A DNA stretch of 55,878 bases. Origin: Microbacteriaceae bacterium. GTDB lineage: Bacteria > Actinomycetota > Actinomycetes > Actinomycetales > Microbacteriaceae. Shown piece after piece: positions 54,203 to 55,878 of the stretch. The stretch is from positions 1-55,878 of the forward strand of contig CANGJO010000001.1 in the NCBI GenBank assembly GCA_947454285.1, read 5' to 3'. The stretch's first letter is position 1; every line of letters begins with the position of its first letter. The translations under genes were made by a program, and so were the position numbers. The notes below the pieces were generated by a model. That model did not search any database. It was not told the origin of the DNA and saw only the letters and a list, made by a program, of their open reading frames with translations.

Positions 54203-55878
54203 ATGCCAGGCGAAAATCTAACTCGAAAAGAAGCACAAGAACGCGCTTCGCTAATCAAAGTTTCGAGTTATGAGATTAATCTTGATCTAACCAGCGGTGA
54301 ATCAACCTTTGGGTCTACCACCAAGGTGAAGTTTTCGGCAAACCAGGTGGGCGCCAGCACCTTTATTGATGCCATCACTGCCTCAGTGGAACGCGTTGTA
54401 TTGAACGGTGTGGAACAAGACGTGGCCAAGGTATCCGACGGCGTGCGAATTCAGCTGAATGGTCTTGCTGCAGAGAACGAACTAATTGTCGAGGCAACCG
54501 CAAACTTCATGAACACCGGTGAAGGTCTACACCGATTCGTTGACCCGGTAGACAATGAGGTTTACCTCTATACCCAATTCGAGGTTCCTGATTCCCGCCG
54601 CGTATTCGCAGTATTCGAACAGCCAGACCTGAAGGCAACTTTTCAATTCAATGTGACTGCGCCTTCTTACTGGAAGGTGATTTCAAACCAGACCTCCCCT
54701 ACCCCGGTGAAGATCGATGACAAGAAGTCGGTTTGGAACTTCAGCCCAACACCAATCATCTCGAGCTACATCACCGCCCTAATTGCTGGGCCTTACGTAG
54801 AGACCCGCAGCGAACTAACCAGTTCAAGTGGTCGGTTGATTCCACTTGGTGTATTCAGTCGCGCATCGCTTTCTGAGTTCATGGATGCGGACTATGTTTT
54901 TGAAAAAACCCGCCAGGGATTTGAATTTTACGAAAACGCTTTTGATCAGCCATATCCGTTTGAGAAATACGATCAACTGTTTGTTCCGGAATTCAACGCG
55001 GGTGCAATGGAAAACGCCGGTGCGGTTACCTTTACCGAGAGCTATGTGTTCCGTTCAAAAGTGACCGATGCCATCCGTGAACGACGCGTGGTCACAATTC
55101 TGCACGAGCTGGCCCACATGTGGTTTGGTGACCTGGTCACCATGAAGTGGTGGAACGATCTTTGGCTAAACGAATCCTTTGCCGAATACGCGTCAACTCT
55201 TGCGACTGCAGAAGCCACCGAATGGCACGGCGCCTGGACAACTTTTACCGCGCTAGAGAAGTCTTGGGCCTACCGTCAGGATCAGCTGCCATCTACTCAC
55301 CCAATCGTTGCCGAGATCAATGACCTGGAAGATGTTCAGGTTAACTTTGACGGCATCACCTATGCCAAGGGTGCATCTGTACTAAAGCAATTGGTTGCCT
55401 GGGTTGGTCAAGAAAAATTCCTTGCCGGTGTTGCCAACTATTTCAAGAAGCATGCTTACCAAAACACAGAACTCAACGACCTATTGGTTGAGCTAGAGGC
55501 AACATCTGGACGCGAGCTGCGCAGCTGGTCAAAACTTTGGCTTGAGACTGCCGGTGTAAATACCTTGCGTCCAGAAATATCCGTTGAAACCGATGGAAAG
55601 ATCAGCGCATTCGCAGTTACCCAAACCGCAATCGCCGAGCACCCAACTCTTAGACCTCACCGCATGGCAATTGGTTTCTACAACCTAGTGTCAGGAAAAC
55701 TTCAGCGAGTACATCGCGTAGAAATCGACATCGATGGCGCACGCACCGAAATTGCTGAATTGGTTGGACAGCAGCAACCAGATCTTGTGCTACTTAACGA
55801 TGATGACTTGGCCTACGCAAAGATTCGTCTAGATGACAAGTCTTGGAAGTTTGCACTTGAAAACCTAGCGCTGTTCGA
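54203..55878 (+). CDS. pepN: Aminopeptidase N (M1), truncated by the window edge
   Basis: Not in the ORF track. Manual translation gives MPGENLTRKEAQERA..., GAMEN, HELAHMWFGDLVTMKWWNDLWLNESFAE. Confidence 0.96.
   Translation, partial: MPGENLTRKEAQERASLIKVSSYEINLDLTSGESTFGSTTKVKFSANQVGASTFIDAITASVERVVLNGVEQDVAKVSDGVRIQLNGLAAENELIVEATANFMNTGEGLHRFVDPVDNEVYLYTQFEVPDSRRVFAVFEQPDLKATFQFNVTAPSYWKVISNQTSPTPVKIDDKKSVWNFSPTPIISSYITALIAGPYVETRSELTSSSGRLIPLGVFSRASLSEFMDADYVFEKTRQGFEFYENAFDQPYPFEKYDQLFVPEFNAGAMENAGAVTFTESYVFRSKVTDAIRERRVVTILHELAHMWFGDLVTMKWWNDLWLNESFAEYASTLATAEATEWHGAWTTFTALEKSWAYRQDQLPSTHPIVAEINDLEDVQVNFDGITYAKGASVLKQLVAWVGQEKFLAGVANYFKKHAYQNTELNDLLVELEATSGRELRSWSKLWLETAGVNTLRPEISVETDGKISAFAVTQTAIAEHPTLRPHRMAIGFYNLVSGKLQRVHRVEIDIDGARTEIAELVGQQQPDLVLLNDDDLAYAKIRLDDKSWKFALENLALF

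Overview
Gene-dense core-chromosome segment of a streamlined, moderate-GC actinobacterium. Gene order and protein types point to the Microbacteriaceae, probably a freshwater Rhodoluna/Aquiluna-like lineage (inference). It runs from a partial glyQS through uppS-recO-leuA-era-ybeY-phoH-rsmE-dnaJ-hrcA, hemW-lepA, rpsT, holA-comEC-comEA-leuS, pabB/pabC, and a small accessory block (DedA, SRAP, esterase, deoC, DUF167, atypical RpiB) beside tRNA-Ala. It continues through rsfS-nadD-proAB-obgE-rpmA-rplU-rne, VKOR, ndk-folC-ileS/valS, benE, clpX-clpP2-clpP1-tig, tRNA-Pro/tRNA-Gly, nei-rpiB-antiporter and a partial pepN. I found no integrase, transposase, prophage, CRISPR array or defence system. The most interesting signals are non-coding or structural. 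A perfect 15-bp inverted repeat brackets the whole rne gene. Three divergent gene pairs share one overlapping bidirectional -10 core. comEC has a split or frameshifted 5' end. Tandem copies of the ndk 3' end alternate with a hairpin. A DeoC sits next to an Asp-variant RpiB. All identifications come from reading motifs by eye; no searches were run.
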